Part shown: positions 28,562 through 37,608 of the stretch, in pieces
Layout of the letters: each line of letters opens with the position of its first letter
Position numbering within the stretch: the first letter of the stretch is position 1
Origin: Planctomycetota bacterium
GTDB taxonomy: Bacteria; Planctomycetota; B15-G4; JADJEK01
Assembly (NCBI GenBank): GCA_044225365.1
Contig: JBGAIQ010000001.1
Location: forward strand, 160,001-224,000
Reading direction: 5' to 3'
DNA length: 64,000 nt
Position numbers and translations under genes: made by a program
The notes under the pieces: model-generated
What the model saw: the letters and a program-made list of their open reading frames with translations, nothing else
Database searches by the model: none
What the model was told of the DNA's origin: nothing

Positions 28562-29044
28562 GTGACTGAATCCGCATCGCCCGAACCCGCACCGCGTTCC
28601 TGGTCCGAGCGCGGGCCCGATCGACGCAAGCGTCCGACTCGGATGTTCTCCCGCTACACGTTCTTCGGGGGCCGAAGGCGGCACGTCCGACGCGACTCCG
28701 AGCGCGAAGGCGCGTTCGTCGATCTGTACGAGCCACGGCTCGCCCTGCTCGTCTGCGCCTTCTTCTTCCTCACGGTCGTCGACTCCGTGTCGACGGTGAT
28801 CTACCTGCGCAAGGGTGGCTCGGAGCTCAATCCGATCGCGCAAGCGATGCTCGATCACGGGGAAGTCGCCTTCGTGTTCATCAAGGGCGTGCTGACGATG
28901 ATCTGCTCGCTCTTCGTGCTCCTGCACAAGAACTTCCGCTACGCGAACGTCGCCCTGGGCATCGGTTTCTCGTTCTACTTCGCGCTCGCGATCTACCATC
29001 TCGTCCTGCAGATCCATGCCTGGGATCGCGTCATCTCCGGCTGA
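28562..29044 (+). CDS. DUF5658-like small membrane protein with Arg-rich N-terminus
   Basis: GTG 28562; LTVVDSVST..GGSELNPIA..F.FIK pattern with about 3 TMs. Confidence 0.7.
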   Translation: MTESASPEPAPRSWSERGPDRRKRPTRMFSRYTFFGGRRRHVRRDSEREGAFVDLYEPRLALLVCAFFFLTVVDSVSTVIYLRKGGSELNPIAQAMLDHGEVAFVFIKGVLTMICSLFVLLHKNFRYANVALGIGFSFYFALAIYHLVLQIHAWDRVISG

Positions 29045-29146
29045 GATCGTTCGACCCCGCGCTCAACGAAAAGAGTCGGTGAGGAGGTCCGACGATTCAT
29101 GTACGGCTCGAACGGTCGGAGGCCTGGCCGAATCGTGAACGGTCAC

Positions 29147-29920
29147 TTAGGACGACGCCAACTCGCCTTCGAGATCCGCCGACCGCCGCGCGATCAGGGG
29201 CCACGTCACGTTCCGCGCGCGCTCTAGATCCTCGGGGAAGTCGATCTCGATCCACGGCAGTCCCGCGCTCGAAATCGCACGAATCGGATGCTCTCCGCAC
29301 ATCGCGTCGAACGCACGCGGAGCCCAGGCGTTCACCTGGCCTTCCGTGATCGTGAGGCGTTCGGCTTCGCGCCGCAACCGCTGGGCGCCGAGCTGCGAGA
29401 ACTTGACGACGCCGAGATTCTCGCCGTCGTACGAACCGCGCTGCAAGGTCTTGGCGAGTCCGAGCACTCTTCCGTTCTCGACCTTGACCTTCATCTCCTC
29501 GTCACCGAGCGCGGGATTCGGCTCGTAGAGCAGTGCATCGGGGAAGGGGGAGCGGACGAGCCGCAGCAGCAGTTCGGGATGGAACAGGACGTCGGCGTTG
29601 GTGAGGACGAAGCCTCCCGGCGCGGGTCCGAGCTCGGCGAGCGCGAGGTGGAGTGAGTAGAGGGAGTTCGTCGTGTCGTAGATCGGGTTGCGAACGAAGC
29701 GGGCCCTCTCGTCACAGGCCGACTCGACCATCTCCGCGAAGTAGCCGGTGACGACGACGATGTCGGAGATTCCAGCAGCCCGGAGTGAATCGATCTGGTG
29801 CTCGATCAGCGCGCGTCCGCCGACTTCGAGGAGGCACTTCGGACGGTCGGCGGTGAGGTGTTGGAGGCGGCGGGCGCAGCCAGCGGCGAGGAGGATGGCG
29901 GAACGCGGGGGCTCGGTCAC
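29147..29920 (-). CDS. NTP-transferase (phosphocholine cytidylyltransferase-like family)
   Basis: AILLAAG.ARRL..LT.DRPKCLL, TTNSLYSL, NADVLF, EEMKV, WIEIDFPEDL. Confidence 0.88.
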   Translation of the reverse strand: MTEPPRSAILLAAGCARRLQHLTADRPKCLLEVGGRALIEHQIDSLRAAGISDIVVVTGYFAEMVESACDERARFVRNPIYDTTNSLYSLHLALAELGPAPGGFVLTNADVLFHPELLLRLVRSPFPDALLYEPNPALGDEEMKVKVENGRVLGLAKTLQRGSYDGENLGVVKFSQLGAQRLRREAERLTITEGQVNAWAPRAFDAMCGEHPIRAISSAGLPWIEIDFPEDLERARNVTWPLIARRSADLEGELASS

Positions 29921-30045
29921 TGTGTGGGGTCCAACTTTCTCACGGATCGTAGAGGCGCCGGGATGCGGAGAACAGTTCCTTCAGCGACCGGCGGCCACGG
30001 AAGCTGCGCGGTACGCCGTCGAGGTCGTTCGACACGAACTGCGCC

Positions 30046-30100
30046 AAAAAAGTGAGGATGCGGTCGGAGACGTGGGTCAGACGTACTCCGCCGCATCCTC
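30046..30100 (-). terminator. Intrinsic terminator-like hairpin on the minus strand
   Basis: GAGGATGCGG (30054-63) pairs with CCGCATCCTC (30091-100), with inner CGGAG/CTCCG and ACGT/ACGT; A6 at 30046-51 gives a minus-strand U-tract. Confidence 0.7.
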
Positions 30101-30190
30101 GTCAACGATGTTCTCGAACCCCACGACGACTTCTTCTCGCCGACTGCATTACGTTCCGTCCAAAGGAGGATCGGCGGGTTCGAGGCACCG
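30046..30190 (-). ncRNA. Candidate small RNA or attenuated leader with an anti-SD loop
   Basis: Nested stems (30113-21 with 30176-84; 30138-43 with 30171-76) enclose UCCUCCUUU, followed by a terminator; 5' end unknown. Confidence 0.4.
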
Positions 30191-30394
30191 CTTTGTGCTG
30201 AATGCGGGTCTTTTCGGAAAGCCGACCGCGCCAAGTGAAGTCCCGAGCGCAGATCGGACCCGGAGTTTACCTCTTCTGCCGCCATTGGGTACCGGATGTC
30301 TGGGGATTGCACGCGATACCCTGATCGGTCGGGATTTTCCCGACATCTACCCAACGGCGTCCCCGCGACGGCCCGGGTGAAGAAAGCTCGAACC

Positions 30395-30454
30395 TTTCCG
30401 TGCACGTCAAATTTAAGGTGGTAACTTTGACTTTCACGTCAACGTTCGTAGGAT
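30395..30454 (+). promoter_or_regulatory. Candidate promoter/operator of the MerR-family gene
   Basis: AT-richer patch; TTGACT at 30427-32; TTGAC-N6-GTCAA at 30427-42; two ACGT-N2-ACGT-like dyads at 30395-410 and 30433-48. Confidence 0.5.
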
Positions 30455-30562
30455 CCTTGTCGATCTTCTGGAGTAGCCGATGTTTCGGAACGGCGGTCCG
30501 AAACGCTTCGAGCTCAGGGCCCAGCACTTCTTTCGCGACCGCACCGGAGCGTCACTTACGTC

Positions 30563-31042
30563 ATGGACGAGACCCTCGACAACAACCTCGTGAAGATCGG
30601 TGACTTGGCGCGACTCGCCGAAGTGACGACGAGGACCGTGCGCTTCTACGAAGACCTGGGACTGATCCAGCCCACGACCCGCAGCGTGGGAGGATTCCGC
30701 CTCTACGAAGTCGAACAGGCGGATCGGTTGCGGGCGCTGCTCAAGCTCAAGGAGGTCGGGTTCAGTCTCGACGACATCCGCGCCTATCGGGAGCTCGCGA
30801 ACGAGGGGGCGAACGCGCTCACGGTGATGACTCGCTTGCGCGAGCGAATCACTTCGGGCGCTCAGCAGTTGCGCGACCGGATCGGTCGCCTGCAATCCGC
30901 GCTCGAGGACCTCGAACGCACGAAGGAGACCCTCGCCGCTTGTCACGGCTGCGACGAGAAGGTCTACGACCGGAATTGTCACGCCTGCTGGAAGCAACTC
31001 GCGGGCGGAAATCTCCCCGACGGATTGAAAGCCGTGATCTGA
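30563..31042 (+). CDS. MerR-family transcriptional regulator with C-terminal CxxC-x8-CxxC
   Basis: KIGDLARLAEVTTRTVRFYEDLGLI, GGFRLY, GFSLDDI, coiled coil, CHGCDEKVYDRNCHAC. Confidence 0.92.
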   Translation: MDETLDNNLVKIGDLARLAEVTTRTVRFYEDLGLIQPTTRSVGGFRLYEVEQADRLRALLKLKEVGFSLDDIRAYRELANEGANALTVMTRLRERITSGAQQLRDRIGRLQSALEDLERTKETLAACHGCDEKVYDRNCHACWKQLAGGNLPDGLKAVI

Positions 31043-31109
31043 CCATGGCCGTTCCAGCCCCCGCGCAACACGACACCGCGATCTCAGCGAACCGACGGAG
31101 CGGAAACGA

Positions 31110-32399
31110 ATGACGTCGCTACCTGCCAGTACCGATCTCCTCGAGCAGATTCGCCGTCGCGGATTCGTGCGCGGCGAAGAACTCGATCGCCTCCTCGACG
31201 GGAACGCACGAGGTTTCGAATCGCTGGTGAAGTCACTGCTCTCGGCGTTGAAGCGCGTCGTGGTGCAAGCAACGGACGCCGCAACGACCGCGGCCGAGAA
31301 GGAAGCCGCTGACGCTCTCGACGACGGTTGGGACTTCGACTTCCTGCTGCGAGGCGAAGCGCGCAACAGCGCGCTCTCGACCTACATTCGTGAAGTGCTC
31401 GCGATCCCGCACATGCGCCGAGAGGACGAAGTACGGCTCGGCAAGCGGTTCGAATTCGTTCGCCGGCGGTTCTATCACGCGATCCTCGCTGGCGGCGTGT
31501 CGGGCAAACACGCCCGAGCGATCCTCGATTACAGTCGCTTGCGGCCGTTGCTCGACGAACCCGAATCGCCCAAGTCCAACAAGTCGGTCGAAACGACCGA
31601 TGCCGCGATCGCGGCCGATCCCGTGTTCCGTGCGCTCCCTCGGGGACCCAAGCTCGTTCCCATCCGCCGCGCCTGTGCGGAGTACAACGCGGTCCGTGAA
31701 GAGTTCGTCCGGCGGAATCTGCACGTCGTGATCGCCGCCGCCGCGGCCTATCGCACGTACGGCGTACCACTCCTCGACATCATCCAGGAGGGCAACGCCG
31801 GACTCATTCGAGCCGTCGAGAAGTTCGATTGGCGGAAGAACGTGCGATTCCGGACCTATGCGACCTTCTGGATCCGACAGGCGATCGAGCGCGCGATCGC
31901 CGCGAACAAGGGAATCGTGCGCGTGCCGAACTACCTCCAACAAAAGCTGCGGCGATTGCGGCGCGAGGGCAAGATCCCGCGCCGGAACGAGGAGACTTCG
32001 CTCACCGAACTCGCGAAGGAGTTCGATCTCCCGACTCGCGTGGTGCATGGTCTCTTGGAGACCGAGCGGTCGGCGCGCTCGCTCGACGTACCGCTCGGCG
32101 CGGACGGCGAGGACACGCTCGCGTCGCTGATCGCCGCCGAGCCCGAACTCGAAGGATTGGGATCGTGGGAGAAGCCGGTGCTGACGCACCGGATCCACGA
32201 GGCGCTCGATCTGCTCACCGACCACGAGCGCACGATCATCGAATTCCGCTACGGCATCCACTGCGAACATCCGATGACGCTCGAAGAAGTGGGTCGCATC
32301 ATGAACGTCTCGCGGGAGCGGGTTCGCCAGCTCCAGGTGCGAGCGATCCGAAAGCTGCAAGCGCCGAACGTGCTCTCGCGTCTCGCCGGCTTCGTCTGA
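31110..32399 (+). CDS. RpoD/RpoS-like sigma-70 family sigma factor (probably alternative)
   Basis: Region 1.2 STYIREV; region 2 DIIQEGNAGLIRAVEKFD..RFRTYATFWIRQAI; region 4 TLEEVGRIMNVSRERVRQL. Confidence 0.92.
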   Translation: MTSLPASTDLLEQIRRRGFVRGEELDRLLDGNARGFESLVKSLLSALKRVVVQATDAATTAAEKEAADALDDGWDFDFLLRGEARNSALSTYIREVLAIPHMRREDEVRLGKRFEFVRRRFYHAILAGGVSGKHARAILDYSRLRPLLDEPESPKSNKSVETTDAAIAADPVFRALPRGPKLVPIRRACAEYNAVREEFVRRNLHVVIAAAAAYRTYGVPLLDIIQEGNAGLIRAVEKFDWRKNVRFRTYATFWIRQAIERAIAANKGIVRVPNYLQQKLRRLRREGKIPRRNEETSLTELAKEFDLPTRVVHGLLETERSARSLDVPLGADGEDTLASLIAAEPELEGLGSWEKPVLTHRIHEALDLLTDHERTIIEFRYGIHCEHPMTLEEVGRIMNVSRERVRQLQVRAIRKLQAPNVLSRLAGFV

Positions 32400-32440
32400 G
32401 CGCGACGGCGGACTTCTGGATCGATCCGAAAATCACTACG

Positions 32441-34123
32441 ATGCTGGCGAGATTCGCCGGCATGAACGATCCCTATCTCCGACTCGCGAGCATCGAACGC
32501 AGGCTCACGTCGATCGCGCTTCCGCGTAGGGCGCGTGGAGCGCTCGCGCTGCAGGGCTTGCTCGCGCTCGCCTTCCTCCTCGTCGTGTATTCGATCTTCC
32601 TGCGGTCGCACTCGGTCGTGGCTCCGCGCGCGACCAGCGACCGACTGCAGCGCGTGATCGTGATCGCGTGCGACGGACTGCGAAAGGATCGGCTGTCTTC
32701 GCTCGGATATCCACGGCCGACGACCCCGAATCTCGACAAGCTCCTCCCGCTCTGTGCCACCTTCACGAACGCTGTCGCGTGCGCGCCGACGACCTTGGCC
32801 TCGCACATGTCGCTCATCACGGGCGAGACGACGCGATCGCACTTCGTGCGCCACGAGGGAAACGTCCTCCCCGACGGTTGTGTGACGCTCGCGGAGGCCC
32901 TGCGGTCGGGTGGGTTCACGACGGCGGCGTTCACCGATTCCGCCGAGTTGTCGCGAGCCGCCGGCTTCGCCGCGGGATTCGGCGTGTTCGACGACGCGAT
33001 CGTCCCCGGCAATGCCGACGTGAACGGATTCGCGCGGTACGGCGGTGCAATACGCGATTTCATTCTGCGTCACCGCGACGAGCGGACCTTCGTCTACATC
33101 GACGATCGAGCCGCGTGCGGGCCGTATCACGGCGACGACAGCGACATCGCAGCGCTCGCGAATTCCAAACCGGTCCTTTCCGCGATCGCCGCGAAGGCCC
33201 ACGATCCCATGGTCTATCTCGCCGCGCTCTCGTTCCACGACGCGCTGCGAACCGAGCGCTACTCCGAACTGAGCGAACTCGTCTCCGCCTACGACGCCGC
33301 GGTGCATCGCCTCGATCGACAGATCGGCGAACTCATGCGATTCCTCGTCGAGCGGGGATTGTTCGACGACACGTTGATCGTGATCGTCTCGACGCACGGC
33401 GAGTCGCTGTTCGATCGCGCGCTGTACGTCGGCCACGGACTCACCGCGTTCCAAGAGGAAGTCGGTGTCCCCGTGATCGTGAAGTTCCCGAAGGGCAAGT
33501 ACGCGGGCGTGCGCTGCGATCGAGTCGTCTCCCTCATCGACCTGTATCCAACGCTCACGGAACTCGCCGCCGTGCCGACCTCGACCGAGGTCGAGGGCAA
33601 GAGCCTGCTTCCGATCCTCGACGGCAAGGAGGCGGGCGATCGCATCGCCTTCGGCGAGGCGGTGAATCTGGCGGCGAACGGCGTCGATGGAGTTCCTGGC
33701 TACACCTTCTACGAACTCCATGGCGCGCAGAAGCTCATCGCTCCGTCACGGATTGGCGTGCAGGATCTCTACACCCGGCATCTCAATCGAGATCGCGCGA
33801 CGCAAAAGCCCTTGGAAGCCGGCGATCCCCTGCACATCGCGGATCGAATGCAGCTGGGGGCGATGCTCTTCGATCTCTCCAAAGACCCATTCGAATCGAA
33901 TCCGCTGCCCCCGGATTCCGTGATCGCCACGCGGACCGCGGCGATCGAAGCGTTCGAGGAACTCTCGGCGCGGCGTCGCGAACGTCTTCGGAATATTCGG
34001 GCTGCGGACGACCTGCCGGCGCCGACGAGTGAAGAGGACATCGAGAAGCGATTCCTCGAGGGTTACCTCAGCAGCGAACAGCGCGATCGCATGCTCGAGG
34101 AACTTCGCAAGAAGAAGAAGTGA
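32441..34123 (+). CDS. Membrane-anchored sulfatase-like (alkaline phosphatase superfamily) protein
   Basis: N-terminal TM; VIVIACDGLRKD, TPNLD, TTLASHMSLITG, YDAAV..LD, STHGE, IDLYPT, LFDLSKDPFE; start 32441 or 32462. Confidence 0.8.
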   Translation: MLARFAGMNDPYLRLASIERRLTSIALPRRARGALALQGLLALAFLLVVYSIFLRSHSVVAPRATSDRLQRVIVIACDGLRKDRLSSLGYPRPTTPNLDKLLPLCATFTNAVACAPTTLASHMSLITGETTRSHFVRHEGNVLPDGCVTLAEALRSGGFTTAAFTDSAELSRAAGFAAGFGVFDDAIVPGNADVNGFARYGGAIRDFILRHRDERTFVYIDDRAACGPYHGDDSDIAALANSKPVLSAIAAKAHDPMVYLAALSFHDALRTERYSELSELVSAYDAAVHRLDRQIGELMRFLVERGLFDDTLIVIVSTHGESLFDRALYVGHGLTAFQEEVGVPVIVKFPKGKYAGVRCDRVVSLIDLYPTLTELAAVPTSTEVEGKSLLPILDGKEAGDRIAFGEAVNLAANGVDGVPGYTFYELHGAQKLIAPSRIGVQDLYTRHLNRDRATQKPLEAGDPLHIADRMQLGAMLFDLSKDPFESNPLPPDSVIATRTAAIEAFEELSARRRERLRNIRAADDLPAPTSEEDIEKRFLEGYLSSEQRDRMLEELRKKKK

Positions 34124-34130
34124 TCCGGTA

Positions 34131-34700
34131 TCAGCCGCGTCGCACGATGAGATCGGCCGCTGCGGCGAGATCGGCGACGACGTGAAGTCGGTCCCCGAGG
34201 ACTTCGCGTGCCCTCGACTCCATCGACTTGCCCTTTCCCGTGAGCACGAGGATCGGAGTGACGAGCGATCCCAGCGTCGGCTCGAGATCGCGAAGGTCGT
34301 CGCCGATCGAGTACGAGCGTGAGAGATCGGAGTCGAGCGTTCGCGCGGCAGCGAGCATCATCCCGGGCTTCGGCTTGCGGCAGTCGCAATCGACGCGGTA
34401 TTCCGGCTTGGCCTCGGTCGGATGGTGGGGGCAATAGAGGATGACGTCAAGGCGCGCACCGTCGGCGGCGAGGAGTTGCGCGAGGCGCTCGTGGATCGCC
34501 GCGAGCGTGTCCTCACTGAACTTGCCGCGCCCGATCCCGGACTGGTTCGTCAGGAGCGCGAGTCGATACCCCGCCGCGGACAAGCGCGCGAGCGCTTTAC
34601 CCGCGCCCGGGACGAGCTCGACGAGAGCGGGCGAATCGAGCCAGCCCGGCCGCTCGAGATTGAGCGTGCCGTCGCGATCGAGGAAGACCGTGGGGATCAC
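34131..34700 (-). CDS. gmhB: D-glycero-D-manno-heptose 1,7-bisphosphate phosphatase
   Basis: FLDRDGTLN, TNQSGIGRG, CPHHP..CDCRKPKPGM, IGDDLRD. Confidence 0.92.
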   Translation of the reverse strand: MIPTVFLDRDGTLNLERPGWLDSPALVELVPGAGKALARLSAAGYRLALLTNQSGIGRGKFSEDTLAAIHERLAQLLAADGARLDVILYCPHHPTEAKPEYRVDCDCRKPKPGMMLAAARTLDSDLSRSYSIGDDLRDLEPTLGSLVTPILVLTGKGKSMESRAREVLGDRLHVVADLAAAADLIVRRG

Positions 34701-35314
34701 GGATTCGGCTTCGGGAAGATCGCGTCCTCGACGAGCGCGCAGATCGCGTGCGCTGCCAGGATATGCATCTCCTGGATCCGCGGCGTCGCATCCGAAGGCA
34801 CGTTGATCAGGATGTCGGCGTGGTCCTTCGCCTTGCCGCCCGTGCGTCCGGTCATCGCGATTGCGACGAGACCGAGTTCGCGTGCTCTGCGGAGTCCGCG
34901 AAGGACGTTTTCCGAGTTGCCGCTCGTCGTGAGTCCGATCGCGACGTCGCCCGGTTTGCCGTAGGCCTTCACGAGTCGGGAGAAGAGATCCTGATAGCTG
35001 TAGTCGTTCGCCGTGGCGGTGAGCGACGCCTGGCCCGCCCCGAGGCAGATCGCGGGCAGTCCCTCGTGATCGCGGCAGAAGCGATTGGTGAGTTCGCCCT
35101 CGATGTGGAGCGCATCGGAGAATGAGCCGCCATTGCCGAACAGCAGGACCTGGCGCGATGCGCGGTACGCCGCGACGACGGCTTGCGAGGCGGCGACGAT
35201 CGACGCGGGGAGCGTCGTTCGCGACGCCGCGAGCGTCGCCGCGTGATCGTCGAACATCTTCTCGACGACCTCGCGGTCGCGATCGGTCGCGGAGGATTTC
35301 GGCATGGAGTTCAT
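34697..35314 (-). CDS. gmhA: D-sedoheptulose 7-phosphate isomerase
   Basis: FGNGGS..DA.H, TATANDY, TTSGNSENV, TPRIQEMH; GGAG upstream of ATG 35314. Confidence 0.93.
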   Translation of the reverse strand: MNSMPKSSATDRDREVVEKMFDDHAATLAASRTTLPASIVAASQAVVAAYRASRQVLLFGNGGSFSDALHIEGELTNRFCRDHEGLPAICLGAGQASLTATANDYSYQDLFSRLVKAYGKPGDVAIGLTTSGNSENVLRGLRRARELGLVAIAMTGRTGGKAKDHADILINVPSDATPRIQEMHILAAHAICALVEDAIFPKPNP

Positions 35315-35408
35315 CGACTGCTCCGAATCGAGCTTCTTCGGGACTTCGTCAATCTGATACAACGAGTCTATCGCGAAAGGAGACGCGGGCAAAACCGCAC
35401 TTCGTAGC

Positions 35409-36821
35409 ATGGTTGAACCGAATACGAAATCGACGCAGGAAGATCCGCGGCATCCCGCAGCCGCGCTCGATGTCCTGCTCGTCGACGACGAGGAAACGAT
35501 CCGCGTCACGCTCGCCGACGACCTCATGGAGGCCGGCCATCGCGTGACGGCCCTCGCCGACGGCGCGAGCGCGATCACGGCGCTCCACGAACGTGCCTTC
35601 GACGTCGTCGTCTCCGACATGCGCATGCCGGGTGCCGACGGCCTGAAGGTCCTGGCCGCCGCGCGCGAGAAGCCGGGTACCGAGGTGATCCTCATCACGG
35701 CGCACGGCAGTATCGAGTCCGCCGTCGACGCGATGCGCCAGGGCGCGTTCCATTACGTGCTGAAGCCGTTCATCAACGACGAGATCCTTCTTCTCGTCGC
35801 GCGCGTCGCGCGCCTCAAGAACCTGCAGGAGCAGAATCGCGAACTGCGCGAGGACCTCGGCCGATTCGCGGGCTTCGAGAACGTGATCGGCAAGTCCGTG
35901 CCGATGCTCGACGTCCTCAAGGTGGTGCGAACCGTCGCGATGACGGACGCTTCGATCCTCATCGAGGGCGAGAGCGGCACCGGCAAAGAAGTCATCGCGC
36001 GGGCGATCCATCGCAATTCGCAGCGCAAGAGCGGCCCGTTCGTGGCGCTCTCGTGCGCGGCCTTGCCCGAATCGCTGCTCGAGGCCGAACTGTTCGGGCA
36101 CGAACGCGGAGCGTTCACGGATGCTCGCAAGGAGCGCCGCGGCCGATTCGAGATGGCGACCGGTGGCACGCTGTTCCTCGACGACGTCGACGACCTCACA
36201 CTGCCGGTCCAGGTCAAATTGCTCCGCGCGCTCCAGGAGCGCGTCATCGAGCGCATCGGCGGTGAGAAGGAGATCCCGATCGACATCCGGGTCGTGACGG
36301 CGACGAAGAAGAACCTCTTCCAGCTCTGCGCTTCCGGAAAGTTCCGCGAGGACCTGTTCTATCGATTGAACGTCGTCCCGATCCGACTGCCGCCGTTGCG
36401 CGATCGCATCGAGGACATTCCTCTCCTCGTGAAGCATTTCAGCGACCGCCTCGGTGGCGGTCGCTACACCGTTCCGCCCGAGGTCATGGATGCGCTGTGC
36501 ATGCACCAGTGGCCGGGCAACGTCCGCGAACTCGAGAACTCGGTCGAGCGCGCGATCGCGATGGCCGGAGGCGAGACGGCATTGCGCCGCGAGAATCTCC
36601 TGCTCGGCGCGCTTCGCTCGGCTTCCTCGAACGAGAGCACCGCCGTGGCGACATTGCGCGATGTCGCGTGCAACGCCGAGAAGGAGCACATCAAGAAGGT
36701 CTTGAAGCTCACCGGCAATCACAAGGCGCAAGCCGCGGCGCTCCTCGGGATCAGTCGCAAGAACCTCTGGGAGAAGATGAAGGAATACGACATGGGCGGG
36801 TCCGAGCCGCCTCCGCCGTGA
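35409..36821 (+). CDS. NtrC-family sigma54-dependent response regulator
   Basis: Receiver (LVDDE, SDMRMP, KPF), AAA+ (GESGTGKE, GAFTDA, FREDLFYRL, WPGNVRELEN), Fis-type HTH. Confidence 0.95.
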   Translation: MVEPNTKSTQEDPRHPAAALDVLLVDDEETIRVTLADDLMEAGHRVTALADGASAITALHERAFDVVVSDMRMPGADGLKVLAAAREKPGTEVILITAHGSIESAVDAMRQGAFHYVLKPFINDEILLLVARVARLKNLQEQNRELREDLGRFAGFENVIGKSVPMLDVLKVVRTVAMTDASILIEGESGTGKEVIARAIHRNSQRKSGPFVALSCAALPESLLEAELFGHERGAFTDARKERRGRFEMATGGTLFLDDVDDLTLPVQVKLLRALQERVIERIGGEKEIPIDIRVVTATKKNLFQLCASGKFREDLFYRLNVVPIRLPPLRDRIEDIPLLVKHFSDRLGGGRYTVPPEVMDALCMHQWPGNVRELENSVERAIAMAGGETALRRENLLLGALRSASSNESTAVATLRDVACNAEKEHIKKVLKLTGNHKAQAAALLGISRKNLWEKMKEYDMGGSEPPPP

Positions 36822-36843
36822 CCTTCTTCGCCGACCCCTACGC

Positions 36844-37608
36844 GTGACCGAACGCTTCACCGTACTCGCGTCCGACTTCCACCTCACGCCGCAAGCACCG
36901 CGCGAGATCGAGGTGTTCGTGGAATTCACGAAGACAGTGGTGCGGGGCGCCGAACGATTCTGCGTCCTCGGCGATCTGTTCGAATACTGGGTGGGGCGGC
37001 ATCAGCTCGCGGTCCCCGAGATCGCGCCGGTCTTCGCCGCGTTCTCAGAGCTCGCCGCCGCCGGCACGCAGATCCTGCTCTTCCACGGCAATCGTGACTT
37101 CCTGCTCGGCCGCGCGGAAGGTCGTGCGGCAGGCGGCGCCGTCGTGGGCGAGGAGCACGCGATCGACCTCTATGGTCGTCGCTGCTTGCTGATGCACGGC
37201 GACTCCCTGTGCACCAGAGACATCGACTATCAGAAGTCGAAGAAGATCCTGCGTTCGGGATTCGTGCGCTTCCTGTCGGTCGTGCTTCCCAGTAGCGCCG
37301 CGCATGGGATCGCGCGGAAGCTGCGACGCAAGTCGACGAACAGCGTCTCACGCAAGGACGCGTTCACGATGGGAATCGTCGACGACGAGGTGCGACGGCG
37401 CGCCGGGCAGGGATTCGAGACGATCGTGTGCGGTCACGTGCATCGGCCGGAACGACGAAGCTTCGAGGTCGCCGGCAGGACGGCCGAACTCGTGGTGCTC
37501 GGCGATTGGCACGGCGGCGGCGTCTTCGCAATCGCGAAGGGCGACGGAATTGCGCTGTTGCGTTACGCCGCGGGCGGGTCCGTCACGGCGTTCCCAGGGA
37601 GTCCTTGA
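36844..37608 (+). CDS. lpxH: UDP-2,3-diacylglucosamine diphosphatase
   Basis: SDFHL, LGDLFEYWVG, HGNRDFLLG, HGDSLCTRDIDYQ, GHVHRP, LGDW. Confidence 0.88.
   Translation: MTERFTVLASDFHLTPQAPREIEVFVEFTKTVVRGAERFCVLGDLFEYWVGRHQLAVPEIAPVFAAFSELAAAGTQILLFHGNRDFLLGRAEGRAAGGAVVGEEHAIDLYGRRCLLMHGDSLCTRDIDYQKSKKILRSGFVRFLSVVLPSSAAHGIARKLRRKSTNSVSRKDAFTMGIVDDEVRRRAGQGFETIVCGHVHRPERRSFEVAGRTAELVVLGDWHGGGVFAIAKGDGIALLRYAAGGSVTAFPGSP

Noticed and set aside
29917-30405. 162-aa minus-strand ORF (and plus-strand 29748..30380) in the merR intergenic region
   Set aside because: No motifs or RBS, atypical composition, and the minus-strand ORF runs through a terminator hairpin
29921-30562. tRNA or tmRNA in this and other long spacers (GGTTCGA-like motifs)
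   Set aside because: No cloverleaf with acceptor stem and anticodon arm could be assembled
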